A DNA stretch of 64,000 nucleotides from Epiperipatus broadwayi. Taxonomy: Eukaryota; Animalia; Onychophora. Position 1 is the first letter of the stretch. Every line of letters begins with the position of its first letter. Where the stretch lies: contig JAQFVV010000003.1 in NCBI GenBank assembly GCA_028023455.1, positions 19,964,001 through 20,028,000 of the forward strand, written 5' to 3'. The notes under the pieces were generated by a model. That model saw only the letters and a program-made list of their open reading frames with translations. It did not search any database and was not told the DNA's origin. A program made the translations under genes and the position numbers. Positions 36,541 to 51,396 of the stretch are shown here, piece by piece.

Positions 36541-39295
36541 ATAAATAAAGGAGTAACGGCAGACGTATAGTTTGAAATCATTTATTAAAACATTATAATA
36601 AACCATTTAACGGTAAAACTAATAATATTTGGCAAGATTTAAATCTCAGTAGTGGAATTTTCCGATACTGTTATATATTAAAGAAATACATTTATTTATT
36701 TAGAAACATTTATGCGAAAACATTTACCAATAATACTTTATATTTAAGAACTCAGTAGCGGTATTTTCCGATACTGTTGTGTTTACAAAGAGAAATACAT
36801 TTATTTGATGACGTAATCCAACTACCTAAAATTCTCGAGCAAGTATTTCTAGAGTATGCCTTCGGGGATGTATACCTTTGCAATGCAAGAGTCTAAAGTA
36901 AGATTTATAATAGTAGCGGCGGACATATATTTATTTAATTAAAATATTTACTAACAATTAGGGACAAACATTTATTTGAGAGTGAGATATGTCACCAATG
37001 CAGGGACGGAGTTATACATAGAATATAAAGTTAATAAAAGAAAACAAGTGGTATATCTAGAAAGGCGATAGGAAGTGGCAGTATATTGAAACTGCAAAGC
37101 CATGAATGAGTTTAGAACAACGGGCTGGCGTTTGCCATAGGCCCAAAGAGGTAAGGGGTCACATAAGCATAACCAGGGGCAAGTGGTTTGTGCCACGATT
37201 GCTTCCAGGCTGCATGACGGTTGTCAAGTCCTACGGGACATTTATTTGTCAGCTTGTGTAGGACGACTGGGGTTAATTTCAACCCTATAGAATCTGGAAT
37301 ATTCAAGGCTCGTAATGGGTCATCGTGTCTCTAAAACGTAACACGTGTATAATGTATAGATGATTCTGTTAAGATTTAAATATATTTTATAACTCGGTCC
37401 TACATTATCAACATTTAATAAAGAACGTTTGCGACTCTCAAAGAAATGCAATTTTATGGAATTATTAATTAAAATTTAATAAAATATAAAAACAATAAGT
37501 AAAATGGCCAATATGTCAGCCATTTGCTAAGCAATAGACCCCTGCATTACAATAAATGAAGCATTGAATGCGTGTCGATTTGTATGAAAATATTAAATAA
37601 TTTATGGAGGTAAATATTAATGAAGATTTGACACGCATCCACTGTTTCAAGAAATCATAGATTTATACTTAGAAAATTATGAGCATGCGATAATTATATA
37701 ATAAAATGCAGATTTTAGAAATACGTACCCAAGAAAAATAGAGTTAGGCAGGCTAGATTATTAAAGAAATGTACATATTAATTATTAAATTTATAGTATT
37801 ACAAATGAGAATTTTACAGTTTATAGTTTATAAGTTATATAAAGAAAGAATGAACTATAGTGGGATATTAGTAGAGTACTCTAGAGAATTTGGATACAGG
37901 TACCTGTTTTATGAGAAGTTTTCCGATTCAGTGGTCAGTAGCAAATTGTTCATGATTCTAGCATTAGCAGTTCTTTCCAGTATTTAGGTGATTTAGTTAT
38001 TTGAATGGCAGCAGTAGCTTTCTAATTGTTCGGGCAGCAGATCTTCTTTGATTGATTTTATGGAAAGCACAGGTGTAGGTTCTCGGCAGACAATTGACCA
38101 TCTCCGGGGAGAATAGTCTTTGGCGCTTTCTACTCACGCATACTGTAGCATGTAAAACAATATATATCTTTGGAGACTCTCAACTGATCGAGAGCAAAGC
38201 TAACGTTCAACTGAAAGTTTCTAGAAAGTCTCAAATGGCCTCCTTTCTTAGATCTTATCTTTTACATTTTTGTTATAGTTTATTTTTGGATTCCACTTAA
38301 TCTGCCCTGAGGATAATCAATGCATTTTTGTTAAGTTTAATTATAAAGAAAGCTGCCTTTCTATTGTTTACATTTACAATTTACATTTTATAATTACATT
38401 TTAGGGAATTTTTCTTTTTAATTAATCTATTATCTCTCACTGACTGTTGCTTTTAAAATTTCAAATACAAAAGGGAACATATGATTATTTTTACTTTTAA
38501 TTAAATATTACAATCTATTTCTAAAATTATTACTAAATGAAATTTAAACAAAGCAATAAATAACGGATTTTACAATTCAAAATAAATGGTTAAAATTATA
38601 TATTTTTATATAACTAAAAGAAGAAATCTAAATTATATTATTTATCTTTATTTATTGCCTTAAATTTGAGATCGAAATGTGTGCGTGTTTATGGTGAATT
38701 CTACATATATCTATACATTTTTAATATTGCTACACACACAATTCGATACCAAAAAGTTTAAATTTGGGTAGGATAGAGCGGTGAGTGAGAGACGATAAAA
38801 AAAAAGGTGAAACTTAACATTCGAATATGAATCTTACTGTTTCAACATGTAGCGAGGAAGGATCTGCATTGCCCAAAACCAACCTATCAAGGGGGCACAG
38901 CAGCCGACCAGAGCAGGAATGGTGCCGAGACTTTGACCAGGTACCCTCCCGGCAGGCTTTCCAGGTAGTGGCAATAATTGTCAACAGCCTGCACCAATAA
39001 ACCAGCCCCCTAATGACCGCCACCACCTCGAAAAAGAAAAGAGGAGTGCAGACCCATGCCCACAAAATTATTGTAGCAAAGACTCCATCAAATTTACAAA
39101 AATTGGTGGTGGCCCAAATCGGACCAACCGCCTTACAAACACTCTAATTTTAAAGTTAACTAAGAAAAAAAAAACGATGAGCTCAAATCAACACTGTCCT
39201 AATAAACAATCCATCAAGGGGGTGCAGCAGCCTCTCAGGAAAGTAGGCCTATTTCCTATTTATAATATTTCAATTCTGCTTGTCTAGATTGAATT

Positions 39296-39379
39296 CAATG
39301 CGTTGACCAGTAATCAATGCTTCAGTTGTGCAATCCAATGTGTTGACCAGTAATCAATGCTTCAATTGTGCAATCCAAT
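39296..39379. repeat. 40 bp x2 tandem duplication
   Basis: caatg(c/t)gttgaccagtaatcaatgcttca(g/a)ttgtgcaatc twice. Confidence 0.9.
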
Positions 39380-40439
39380 AGTTTGCAATCAATCTTTATA
39401 GTATTCTAAATAATTTTTGATTTAACAATGGTAACTAATTTGGAACCTCAATATTTCTGTTTATATCTATAACACCATTTATACTTATTTTAATCTTTCA
39501 ATTGTCGTTTTTTGGCTCAGGATTCTCTTAGTTGTAATTGTATGTTGATTTGAATATTTTTTATTTTTTGTGGCACCCCAATTTCACCGGAAGTGGCTCA
39601 ATAACTTTTGATCGGATCATCAGAAAAATTTAATTTTTGTTTGATTCTAAAATTGAGATCGAATTAACGTTCAAAATAATTTTTCTTATTTTTCCCCTGC
39701 ACTGTTTTGCTGCATTCGGCCACCTCCAGTTCGACACCATGGTATTGTAATTTTTTTCTCGTGACAGATTTACTGATAGAATTTCTTTTACACATTGTTC
39801 TGTGATTATTTTTTATATCTAGTATGTTCCCTGGGCCATTTCCTGTCTTCCCTGGTTGATTTGCAGCCTTAGAAACTTGTTCTACTTTACAAATATCAGA
39901 TGTTACGGTGAAATTCTTAAAGCTATCTTTGCTAAGCATTTTTTTTATATTTCTTTAACGTTTTCAATGGAGTTTAATTTCCAAATCACTTCTCAACTTG
40001 TTCTGTTACTGAAAATTAGGATTTCTAGTAGCTCTTTTCATTGTTTGATCAATTAAATTTGTTTAAAATCTTTTTCAAAGTCTTACGTTACGCCACAGCT
40101 TTTTAGGAATTACTTATTCTGGCTTTTGCCTTTTCCAATAGCAGCCATTTGCACAAAACGGAACGCCAGAAAAAATCAGTTATACTTAAATGAAAACCAA
40201 CTTAAACTTTCTTTTAAAGGTGATAAAACAATAAAACATGTACTCACCTTTTAACTTGATATACTTTTAAACCAATCCTGTTCCCTAAACTAGGGCAATA
40301 GGAATCAAAACTGGGAGCCAGAAACAGAGTAATCTGGAGTCCTTGGCTCCCTCTAGTGAAGATGCGCAGATTTCAAATCATGGGGAGGAGGAGCTAAGAA
40401 AAATACTTAAGTTAAAAAAACAATGTGGACAATAAATAC

Positions 40440-43310
40440 ATTTTGCTGAATGTGTATGTTAATGGACAGAAAATTAATAGGGAAAATAATAGCAGCATGG
40501 GATTGTCTTTAATATCACAAAAGAATTAAATAAAAATAATAGAGAACACTAAAAAGAGCATTATTATTGAGAAAGCGGAGATGGTAGCCATTGACATGTA
40601 CAGCAATAGAATTGAAATACTCCAAAAAGTAATGGTACTTGTAAAGCTGAAGTCTCAAATAAAATTACTATCTCTTTACATCAAGAAGCAAGTCTATTCT
40701 CCCATTCTAGGTAGGTACTTGATTTGGACCACTAGGAATCCAGATTGACATCCTTAAAAAAGTACAGCTGGAAACTGAAATCCTAGTCAGACATCCACAG
40801 CTATTTAAATTGGCACCAGGAAAGTTTAAAATTCAACTGGTACAGATAGAACTAGTAAAAGACATACAACCCATTACTTGTAAACTATACAAGGTTTCTT
40901 TTGTGTTAAGAATAAAAGTGGAAGTAACTTTAGGTTGGGCAAAAGCAATGTTTTAACTTTGACAGAAGTTACCCTGGGCCATTCTGGTTGTGGTTATTCT
41001 AAAATCAGATGGGCGGTCCGTTACCGCATAACACTCGACAAATACATTAATAAGGAAGCTTATCTGATATTAAAACAACTTCATTGCAGAATGCAAATTT
41101 TTTTCTAAGCTTGGCTTGAGATCTGCATTCTATTAGATTCCTGTTGTATGTAGAACAGCTGGATTACTGAGGATATGCACTCAAACTGGAGTTATTCAAG
41201 TGCAATAAATTACCTTATGGGATTACAATTGCATCAAATCTATTTCAGGCAAAAATGGGCAGTTGTTTCAGGATATATTAATTATGGCAGTGTCAGAAAG
41301 TGAATTAACAACACATGTATTAAAAGTTTGTATGCAGCTGGTTAGAAAAGTTATATGTTCCTAATTGCATTTAGTCCACTATGAAAATTAAATTCTAGGA
41401 TAAGCTATTAATGGGAAAGTACCCTAACCCAAATAAAATGAAAGCAGTAAAAAATGTTGCAAAACAAAGACTGTTAAAAACCTGCAGCCGTTTCTAGGCC
41501 TGCTCAATTTCTTTCAGAGCTTTTTGAAAGGGAAAACACATATTACCATGCCATTGTATCAGTTACTAAAGAAAGGACAGTGTTAGAAGTGGAATGCAGA
41601 GCAAGAAAATGCATTTTGTAGAGCAAAGGATCTGCTAACTTCCAAACAATTAGTGGCCCATTATTGTATTGACCAGATCATTATTACTACTGATGCCTAA
41701 GATTATGGTGTAGGGGTGATTATAACACATCACTGCTATGAAGTGCCTCCAGAATGTTGACAGCTGCAAAGAAAAATTATAATTGGCTGGATAAAGAAGC
41801 TCTGGCTATATAAACGCCATAATGAAAAAGTTTCATCAGTATATTTATGGATGAGAAATCAAAATTTATATAGACTCTTATCCATTAATGGGTATATTTT
41901 GTAATGTGAAAAAACTCCAGAATATGCTAATCAAAGAATAATTCACTGGATTAATATTTTAGTCACATATGATTCTGAACTAATATATAAGCCTGGTAAA
42001 GAAATTAGTCATGTGAATAATTATTATGCCTACCACTTAAATGTGAATCCAGTATAAAACTATGATGGATAATTATGTAGACCCATGGAAATCAATGCAT
42101 TAGAGAGCACAATAATTGCTACATGGACCAAACAGGATGCTGGCTACCAAGCCTTACAGAATATTATAAAACATGACTGGCCTAACAAATGACCAGATTA
42201 TGTATCAAAATCTATTTAGAATGCATGCTAGAGTCTGTCTATTTGTAATAACTGCTTGTTAATGACAGACAGAGTACTTATATGTCAAGAAAGCAGAAAA
42301 CAAGTATTAGCCTTGTTACATAGAGGACACTTGGGAATTATAAGGATGTAAGGAGTTAGTGTGGTGGTCAGACAAGAATAATGAAATTGTGCAGACAGTT
42401 AAACGTTATGAAGACGGTCAGTTTCTACTAACATGCCACTGAAAAAATTACAAGCTTGGATTAAAGCAACTCACCTATAGAGAGATTCCATTTACATCAC
42501 ACCAGTTCATTTAATGGCAACATCTTCTTGATACTTATTGATTCATATTCTAAGTGGACAAAATATGTCTTAAAAGTATACACACGGAAAATACTATGAA
42601 GCTTTGATCATAATATTCGCATATCATGGATATCCCGAAATCATAGTTAAGGGCATACATTACATATTAACACCACTGTATCACCCAAAGTCTAATGACC
42701 TAGTGGAAAAGATTAACTAAGCTTTCATCCCTTATACATCTAACTAAAAAAACACCAATTGAGATGTTAATGTGTCAGAAATTCCAAACACATCTACCAC
42801 TACTAATGCCTACTAACTGTGCATCAAAGTCAGGCTATGCAAAAGAAAAAAATGACAAAGGTAATGACATCATCTGGATACAGGACATTTTGAAAAGAAG
42901 ATAGGTTTCTGGAGTAATAACTAGAATTATATTGAAAAAATTATGAGAAATTTATAGACTCCTAATGAAAGACATATGAGAAGACACATAAACCATTTAA
43001 GAATTTGTTACCCAGAGTTATTAAAGAAAATAAATGTTAATGCCCATTCTACACTTAATACAGGTAGTACTTCCATAAAACACAACAAGCTTGCAGATGT
43101 AGTACTACAGCCATCTGACTTAGTTTTGACCAGTGAAAAACAGTTAACAGGTATGGCTTTATCTGAACATAATAATTTGTCTAACTCATTAGAGACTGTA
43201 CTAGTAGTAGGTCCATCCTCTTCCAGTCTTTGTTGGAAAAAAATTACTGAGCAGCAAGAGGAAAGATATCTATCTCTAAAAAGATCTGCCTGACTCAGAA
43301 ACCTACAAGA
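40440..43310 (+). pseudogene. pol: Decayed Gypsy pol (PR-RT-RH-IN), Mag-like
   Basis: VYVNGQKI (protease), KLPYGI and LQPFLGLLNFF (RT), TTDA*DYGVG and DKEALAI (RNase H), LHRGHLGI and YHPKSN (integrase), RRHINHLR C-terminus (ORF 42976). Confidence 0.9.
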
Positions 43311-43361
43311 TTGCAAGATTATTCTATGTAATAAAGATTGATTTTCTAGAGTGAGGGAAAG

Positions 43362-43870
43362 TTTAAATATTTGCAGTGTTATAATACAGTGTGTGTGTGG
43401 GCATGGGATATACACAGCTATATATTGTGATTTATTGTAAATAAAGATATTTACTGGTGTAATTGTTATCCCACAATACTTGGATAATTATCCTTCATCA
43501 TATTCACTCTAGAAATTTACATATTTTAGTATGCACTGAGTTCTGTTAAATACATCAATCAAATTATACAAAAAACACACAATATAAAACTGCAGAAAAA
43601 TTAAGTGTGTGGGTGCAAGAAACTCTGTAAAATGGGCAAAAAAAATATAAGAAATACTTAAGTTTGTACATATAAAAATATTTACACACATATTGTCTAA
43701 GATATTCTATACATATAGACTATCTTCTCCGAAGATTAATGTTTAGTTTAGGTTCAGCTATATGTATTCATTATTAAATAAATTCTCGTTAAGTTTTAAA
43801 AATGTTGGTGTTTCATTTATTATGGATGTGAATCGGCTGATATATTAACATATCCTTCGGGTATACAGCA
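43362..43870 (+). mobile_element. 3' LTR of Gypsy element B
   Basis: Preceded by PPT-like AGAGTGAGGGAAAG (43348-43361); matches 34336-34852; ends CA. Confidence 0.85.
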
Positions 43871-44664
43871 AATTCACAAAGAACACATTCACATTTATAT
43901 ATATTTTATTAATGATCTAGCCAATATTAGCAAATGATTTTTTTTTTTGCTTCTCTATTAATTCATTTTCATTTTAACATATCCAGCACTTCATGAATCT
44001 CAGCATATGAACATGATAATTCATATTCACAGTAATTAGACCATACAAGCTTATGCATGAATTCCTGAAATTATAGTGAATCCTATATAATATATAAGTT
44101 TAATATACATATACATAACACACAAATAATAATATAAAAATAGACTATTATAGTCATGAAAAAAATAGTACAGTAATAAATATAAAGGCAAAAAAATTCA
44201 TATTACTTCATGAATATTTTGTTTATATTAAACAACTAGTGAAAGAGATAGTAATGAACTTAAAAAGAAAGAAAACAAACACATGCAGATATATATGCAT
44301 TTTATTAAAGGTTTAATAATATTAGCATAAGATTTTTCTTTCCTTCACTATTAAATCAATTATTTTCATTTTTTCATATAAAGAAAACACTTCATAACTT
44401 CTGATAGACTTAGTTAAATGATCATTTCTATTAATTTTAAACCCAATTGTTAATTAGATAAATCATAACAGTAATATAGCATAAAATAATACTTTCATTT
44501 TGATAGCAATTGTAGTGATTGAGTATTGAACTGAGTGTATGCTCAAACACGTAGACACCAAAATCTGCTAATTCAAATTTATTAATTTAAAATTTTTTTA
44601 CTTAATATTTTTTTTCAAATCATGGATAGTGACCCAAAATAAAAAGAGATCTTATTGTATTGCT

Positions 44665-45945
44665 TTATTCATTATCATCATAAACCATTATCAATTCACT
44701 GCAGGATCAAGGGCTCTCCAAGTTCAAGCCATTTTTTCCTATCTTTAACTTCTCTTCTCCACATCACCCCTGCACACTTTCTTATTTCATACATCCATCT
44801 CACATGTGGTCTCTTTCTGGGTCTTTTACAATCTCTTGGAATCCAGTTTAAAATTTCAATTGTCCATCTATTATCATTTCTTCTAGCAATATGTCCAGCC
44901 CAACTCCACTTCAGTCTTTTAATTTTTTCAATGAGGTCAGTAACACCTGTTTGTTCTCTTACCCATACATTGCGTTTTCGATCTCTTCTTGTTACTCCCA
45001 ACATGCATCTCTCCATACTTCTTTGAGTGGTCTGAAGTCTCTGTATTGCTCTTCTGTTAAGTGTCCAAGTTTCAGATCCATAAGTAAGAACTGGCAAAAC
45101 ACATTTATTAAAAACCTTCCTTCTCAAACACATAGGCATATTTCCTTTTAGTATTAAGTTATTTCTACCAAAAGCACTCTAACCAAGTTTAATTCTATGA
45201 TTAATTTCATCCATTATGTTTCCATCTGTATTAATAATCTGACCAAAATATTTGTAACAGTTAACTTCTAACTCATCATAATCAATCTTTATTTTCATAT
45301 TTTGAGAAAATCTATTAAACATTACTTTAGTCTTTTTAACATTTATCTTTAGTCCTACTTTCATCTGATATTTCCTGCAACATTTCCTGTAGCTCTAAAG
45401 CATTATTTGCAAAAACAACTACATCATCTGCAAAATCTAAATGACTTAAATAATATCCATTTACGTTAACTCCTTTAGCTTCCCATTTTAATCCACAAAA
45501 TATTTCTTGCAGCACTGCTGTAAAAAGTTTTGGAGATATGGAGTCACCCTATCTTACACCTTTTTCAATGTTGATTTTCCTACTATCATTATGTAATCTA
45601 ATTGTTGCTGTTGCTTTTTTATAAATATTCTTTAAAATATGACAACATCCTGGATCTACACCTTGATGATCCAATGCTTTAATCACTGAAGAAATGTTTA
45701 TAGAATCAAATGCTTTTTATAATCTACAAACCCTAAGCATAATGGCAACTCATATTCATTTGTCCTTTCTATAACTTCTCTCAATACCTGGATATGATCT
45801 ACTGTACTAAAACCACTTTTAAATCCAGCTTGTTCTCTTGATTGGTGAAAATCCAGTATTTTCTGTAGACGAATTGTAATTATCTTAGTAAAAATTTTGT
45901 ATAAAACTGATAAAAGACTGATAGGTCTGTTATTAACGAATGATA
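44665..45945 (-). mobile_element. 5'-truncated RTE-clade LINE (RT pseudogene)
   Basis: RPISLLSVLYKIFTK, QAGF, GFVDYKK, GVR*GDSISPKLF, FADD, LTYGSETWTL, WSWAGHIARR; GAT-type tail at ~44665-44695. Confidence 0.92.
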
Positions 45946-48900
45946 AATACAAACCAAAATTTATAAATCCAAATTTGCTAATTTTAAGTATTTTATTCAA
46001 TAATTTTCAAACTATGGGTAGTGAGTTAAAAGATAAAAAAATATTGCACTGCCTTATTAAAAATACGACCTATACATAATTTTGTTGTCTTTTTCCAACT
46101 CCATCTGAGATGTGTCCAAATATTTTTTTATCAGTTGCTATTTATGATATCAACAATTAATTTAACTGTCAGCTAAGAATTATGTTAACTTTATGCAAAA
46201 ATCCTGAACTTGGTTAGAAATTTTCAAATTCACTCCATATTTAAATACTATACTATGAGATACTGCTGATTAAATATGCAATATGTACTTTATTATATAT
46301 ATATATATACATAAATTAATAGATCATTTTTCAATAATTTTAAAATTTTATAAAATACTTCAATTCTATAATAAGTTACCAATAATCTCAAAAAAAAAAA
46401 AAAAAATCAGACTTATAAGAACATACATATTTTTGTTATATATTTTAAATATAAGAATATTATACTATTAGTTTTTCTTTCTACTCTTTTACTTCACTCT
46501 TACAATATATAGAACATTTAAATACTTTACAGCTTACTTAATTTTCACTATACAACAAATAGGGCATATGATAGACAAATTCACAAATAGAATATTAAAA
46601 TCAGTCAGCAAAATTCACTGCAGAAGAAATTAAGATAGCATTACAAGATGTCAAATAAATAAAGTGCCAATTTAATATAATAGATATTTTTGATTCTATG
46701 ATTGGTTTGTTTAATCTTCACAAAACTCAACTTTTTAAATTTTTTATTTTTTGTTTTTCTAGCCTTTCTTTTTTTACTTTCTAGAGTTAAAATGGCCATA
46801 TTATTTTATGAGTGGCCATAGTGAAAAATGGTTAAAGTTAATTTCAATATCAAATTATCCTCATTGTATATAATTTCTGCCTTTCAATTTGTACAATTTA
46901 ATTCTTTAAAAACTCTTTTTTGTATATTGGTTTTAGTTAACACTTTTAAATCTAAGAGAATATAATATAGAAATTCACACAAAAAAGAACTTAATCACTC
47001 AAATTCAAACTTGCAATCACTACGTAAAGCTGATTAAGATTGAAATTAAAATAAATACTAATATATATATATAAAAATGAAATAATCATGAGAGTAAAAT
47101 GAAATAAGTGAAAAAATAAAATAAAATGACAAGTAAAACCAAAGATAAGAAAGTTAAGTGAAATAATCATCTATGAAATCCTCCAGTAGGCAATTATTAT
47201 TTAAAATAATAAGCCAACTAGAATGAGTAATGGAAATAAAATGAAAGCTAGCTAATTAAAAATTAATGCATAATTACCAGCTTTATTATTATTTAAATAT
47301 CTATCTAACATTTTAATCTTAAATTTTGTATTGACTGTTGCATTAATTGTACGATAGTCATCATGATTATGGGGAACCAAATCAGCCAAAAAACTACAAC
47401 CATCAACTTAACCATAAGCATTTACTATAAGATATTCCTTACAAAGATATTTTGAATAGCAGTATTCACCAAAGTCTTTTCAAAAATGATTCTTGTTATC
47501 TTTGAATTAATTAAATATCTCTAAATTTATTTCAATTATTCCTATATGTATGCCAAAGTTTAAAATGACTTTTAAATAATGAATCCATTTATGCTTTATA
47601 CTGATTATAAAACAGAATATTTTCATTATATAATAGACTAATATATATCCTTAACAACACTTATATGTGTTGATATGGTAACAATACTTGAAAAACTTAA
47701 TTGACAACTTTCTGATGTAGTCCAGGAAGATCAAAGGCTAAGGAAATAAAAATTCATCATTGTTTTGTGACATATAAATGATTAAGAAAATAAACATAGA
47801 CAAATTCCCTATTATCTTGTTGTATAACATGAAAGTATAAACAATTGACAAAGTAAACTCAGATAAAATATCCAGAGGAATCTAAAGGCAGTTGGTAGTA
47901 GATATTCTCATCTTCTGATACCTTTAGAATTCTTGCGCTTGATTTTAACTACATGGATGTATCATAATACAAACATAATAATTATTAATTCTTTCAGTTT
48001 ATTATAGTAAACAGAACCAATTTTTCTTTTTTCTAATTTAACCCCATTTATTGTAAGCTTGATGAATAAGGAACAATTCTTGTTATGGACTTTATCTTTA
48101 ATAATAATTAAATAATTAGTTGCTTAGAAAGTGAGGTGACATTCAAACAGTGAAAGTGACAAGCTAAGTTTCAATCCAAAAAAAAATCTTTAGTTCTCAA
48201 GTTTATTATCATTGTGTTAAACCTCATCAGGCAATATTATCTTTCATTTAGAAATTAATCAGCAGTAAAAGACGATGTGCAATAAAGATACTGCACAATC
48301 TCCACATTCATGATTCAAATAAAGAAATGGTGAAAAATGAAAGAAATAGAGATGACTATTCATTCTTACTGGGTTGTAACATTAACATAAATCCTCTTTT
48401 AGTGCTATACTTGTAAGCAACTTTTTAATTGCACTATTTTGATGCCAATTTTTAAGTCATGCAACTTCTAATAGTAAAATACTGACCCATTACATGCATT
48501 ATAAATCATACTTGGTGCGTGAAACATAGAAAGCAAGTGCCTCAGCTTTGCCAAAACTATTATAAACAAAAAATAATAACAATAATTAAAAAAACAATCA
48601 TAATTAATATAAAAATCTAAAGACTACAAGGAGAGACAGTAATTTTTTAAAAAAAAATAGCAGCAAACTGTAGATCAATTAAAAAAAAAAAAAATACAAC
48701 TTTTAGTAGTCTCAGACCAGAGTAATATCAACTATATGATTAAGTTTTGTTGTCAATTAATAACCTCTTAAGATTGGTTTCGGTCAAATATTGATTTGCC
48801 AATTAATATTGAATGACTATTTTAAATTGGCTATGAAGTGGCTAAGAAAAAAAAAATTAATCTGATTAGAATGACAAATTTTACCTGGCTTAGATTTGAA

Positions 48901-50482
48901 TTCATGTCCAAGCATGGCAGGTGAATTTACTAAATCACAAAATCCATTTACATTATACAAATATTCTTTAATGTAAGCATAAAAGCATCTCGTAATACCA
49001 GGATCAACATGTTATCATTAATCTTGAACATGAAATATTAGGAAAATAAGCTTTCATCGATGATGATTACGTGATTTTTTTAATAAATAATTATAGTGGT
49101 TTTTGCCAAAAAAATATTTAAATCTGTTTTCCAGCATTACTCAACATAAACACATATGACATAAACAAAAACATTTCACATTTTATGTATTAATAATAAA
49201 TACTGATTTTGAAATCATTAAATTTAAACTATAGATTATAAATAATAAAAAAATTTAAATAATAGTTATAGTATATAAATTTGGACAAAATAACAGTTAT
49301 GACTATCATATTAATTCTATATATAATATTATGTAGTACAGAAATGCAAATTCAAAGTAATTTTTTCCCCCTCTTACAGAAAGTGATATGTAGTATCTAA
49401 AAAAAAATTTATATCTCAATTTAAAGAGTTAAATTTTTTATGCCTATTAATTATAGCATTAAATGTCCAAAAATGTCAAATTATAGTTACAAAAATGATC
49501 ATTCTAAAAAGCACTCATTAAAAGTCAATGAACATTACAAAGAATAGTACAAAAAAAAAAAAAACACAATGATACTATTTACTGTAGAATTCAATACACA
49601 CAGATGAACATTTTAGTGCATACTAAAGCAATTCAACATAAAACTGTGCATGCAGATTATTTATGGTTGAGCTATAATTTACATGAAATTAAAGATCTCG
49701 TTAAAATTTGTAATGAACTTCTGAATACTGAGAAGCAAAAATAGTCTCTTAAGAAAGTGGCAATGGAAAGTTGACACAGATGAAGATTAATTATTTGATT
49801 TAGTTATTTTCTTTGGGCAGAGAACTTTAATATATTAAAATTCTAGTGTGAATGCTATGATACAAAATTAATAGTGTAATTAGTATAAGAATGAACAGCA
49901 GAAAACATGTTATATAATATCATTTATATATGATGACTGCCAAATCAAAAAAAAAAAAGGCCTATCAACCACACTGCCATCTTCCAACTGTGAAACACAA
50001 TGATAAAACTGTCATGATGTGGAAACCAAATCACCTATTCCCTTGTTCCAACCATTAATTAAAATAATCACTTAACAGTTCTAGACTATATGAACATTTT
50101 GGAAAGCCACTTTCATCCTATGATGCAAACAACTTTTTTAAGATAACAATGTTATCTTCCCTTTATATAGCCCACACAATCAAATATTGGTCTGATATCA
50201 CAAAAATAATGTATCATATCTCTTATGGCCTCTCCAATCATGATTTAAATATTATTAATTTTCCATGGATCAATATTCAAGTCAATATCCTCTGTTGAAG
50301 GGAACTTCTCCATAAAAAATGACTTAATAGTCCTACATACATTGTGTAAAATGAATAATTCTACCTTATGTAGATTATAAGCCTGAAGTAAATGATGGAC
50401 TTTTATCATTTTAATAAAAATAATATTTATTAAAGATGTAAAATTATGATACACCAACACACATATAATATATATCACTTAC

Positions 50483-50727
50483 CTCATTTCTCCAGCCTTT
50501 GAGAGTTCTTAAAACATCTTTTTCCCTTAAATCAAGTAAAATTTCTTCTACTCGTTCACTCCTTTCGTCATAAGTTATGAGATATGATGACAAATGTACA
50601 TGTTGTGTTTCATTGTTTACAACAAAGATGTCAGGGTATAAGAGTAAATATTCTAAAATATCAGGCCTTACTTGACCTACTTGTAAACCTTCAATAAAAA
50701 ATGGCCGACAATTCAGCCTGGATGAAC
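50483..50727 (-). CDS. Internal exon of a DUF4743/Nudix hydrolase gene (YJR142W/NUDT20-like)
   Basis: T-rich AG acceptor (50728-50729), GTAAGT donor (50477-50482), 245 nt open frame SSRLNCRPFFIEGLQVGQVRPD...YPDIF...LRTLKGWRNE with the family's PF.I.G..VG.V and GWRNE motifs. Confidence 0.88.
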
Positions 50728-50904
50728 CTAAAAAAAAAAAACAAATTTAAAAATATTTTTAATTTTATAAAAAATTAATAATAGAATTATTTTTGTTCAA
50801 AAGTTAAATTGCATTAACATATTTAAAATAAATAAAAAACTATGTAAAGTAATACATTTACATATGAATCTGTATATGAATGCTCTACCTAAAACTTTCT
50901 AATC

Positions 50905-51090
50905 AAACTAAATACGATTTTAACTTAATATGGTGTAAAATTGTTTCAAAGTTTCTGTACAAAGACAATATACTCAGAATCAAGTTTTTTTTAACTAAAC
51001 TAAATATGATTTTAAATTATTTGATATGGTGTAAAATTGTATCTCCTTAAATGAATTCAAAGTTTCTATACAAAGACAATATGCTCAGAA
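50905..51090. repeat. ~92 bp x2 imperfect tandem duplication
   Basis: aaactaaata(c/t)gatttt...atatggtgtaaaattgt...caaagtttct(g/a)tacaaagacaatat(a/g)ctcagaa repeated. Confidence 0.8.
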
Positions 51091-51171
51091 ATCCTGTCAG
51101 CAAAGTTAAGCACTGACTTTCTCTGAAATTACTTCATCCCACAGTAAATGCTAACTAACTTCTTTTCAATG

Positions 51172-51396
51172 TACAATCACCAAATTATTTTCCCAATGAT
51201 TTTTCCTCCCTCTATCTCATTTTAATAAAAGTTATTTTTTAAAAAAAAATTCTAATATATTATTTTCATATTCACCATTCTACAATCATTAAATTATTTT
51301 CCCAATATTTGACATAATTCTTTTTCCCCCCCCTATATCATTTTAATAAAAGCTGTTTTATTTTTTTAAATTCTAATACTTTATTCCCATATTCAC
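51172..51396. repeat. ~110 bp x2 imperfect tandem duplication
   Basis: tacaatca..aaattattttcccaat...cattttaataaaag...ttctaata...catattcac repeated. Confidence 0.75.

Noticed and set aside
39094-39137. TTACA + TGGTGGCCC as LTR end and tRNA-Ile PBS of the nested insert
   Set aside because: Only a 9 nt match, 8 nt spacing, and no matching 5' terminus or TSD found; insert boundaries remain unresolved.
40212-40254. TTAA-AGGTGA...TCACCT-TTTAA mini hairpin as a Kolobok-type element
   Set aside because: Too short to distinguish from chance without copy data.
44655-45151. Plus-strand ORFs 44655-45026 and 44891-45151
   Set aside because: Antisense shadows of the RTE RT coding strand.
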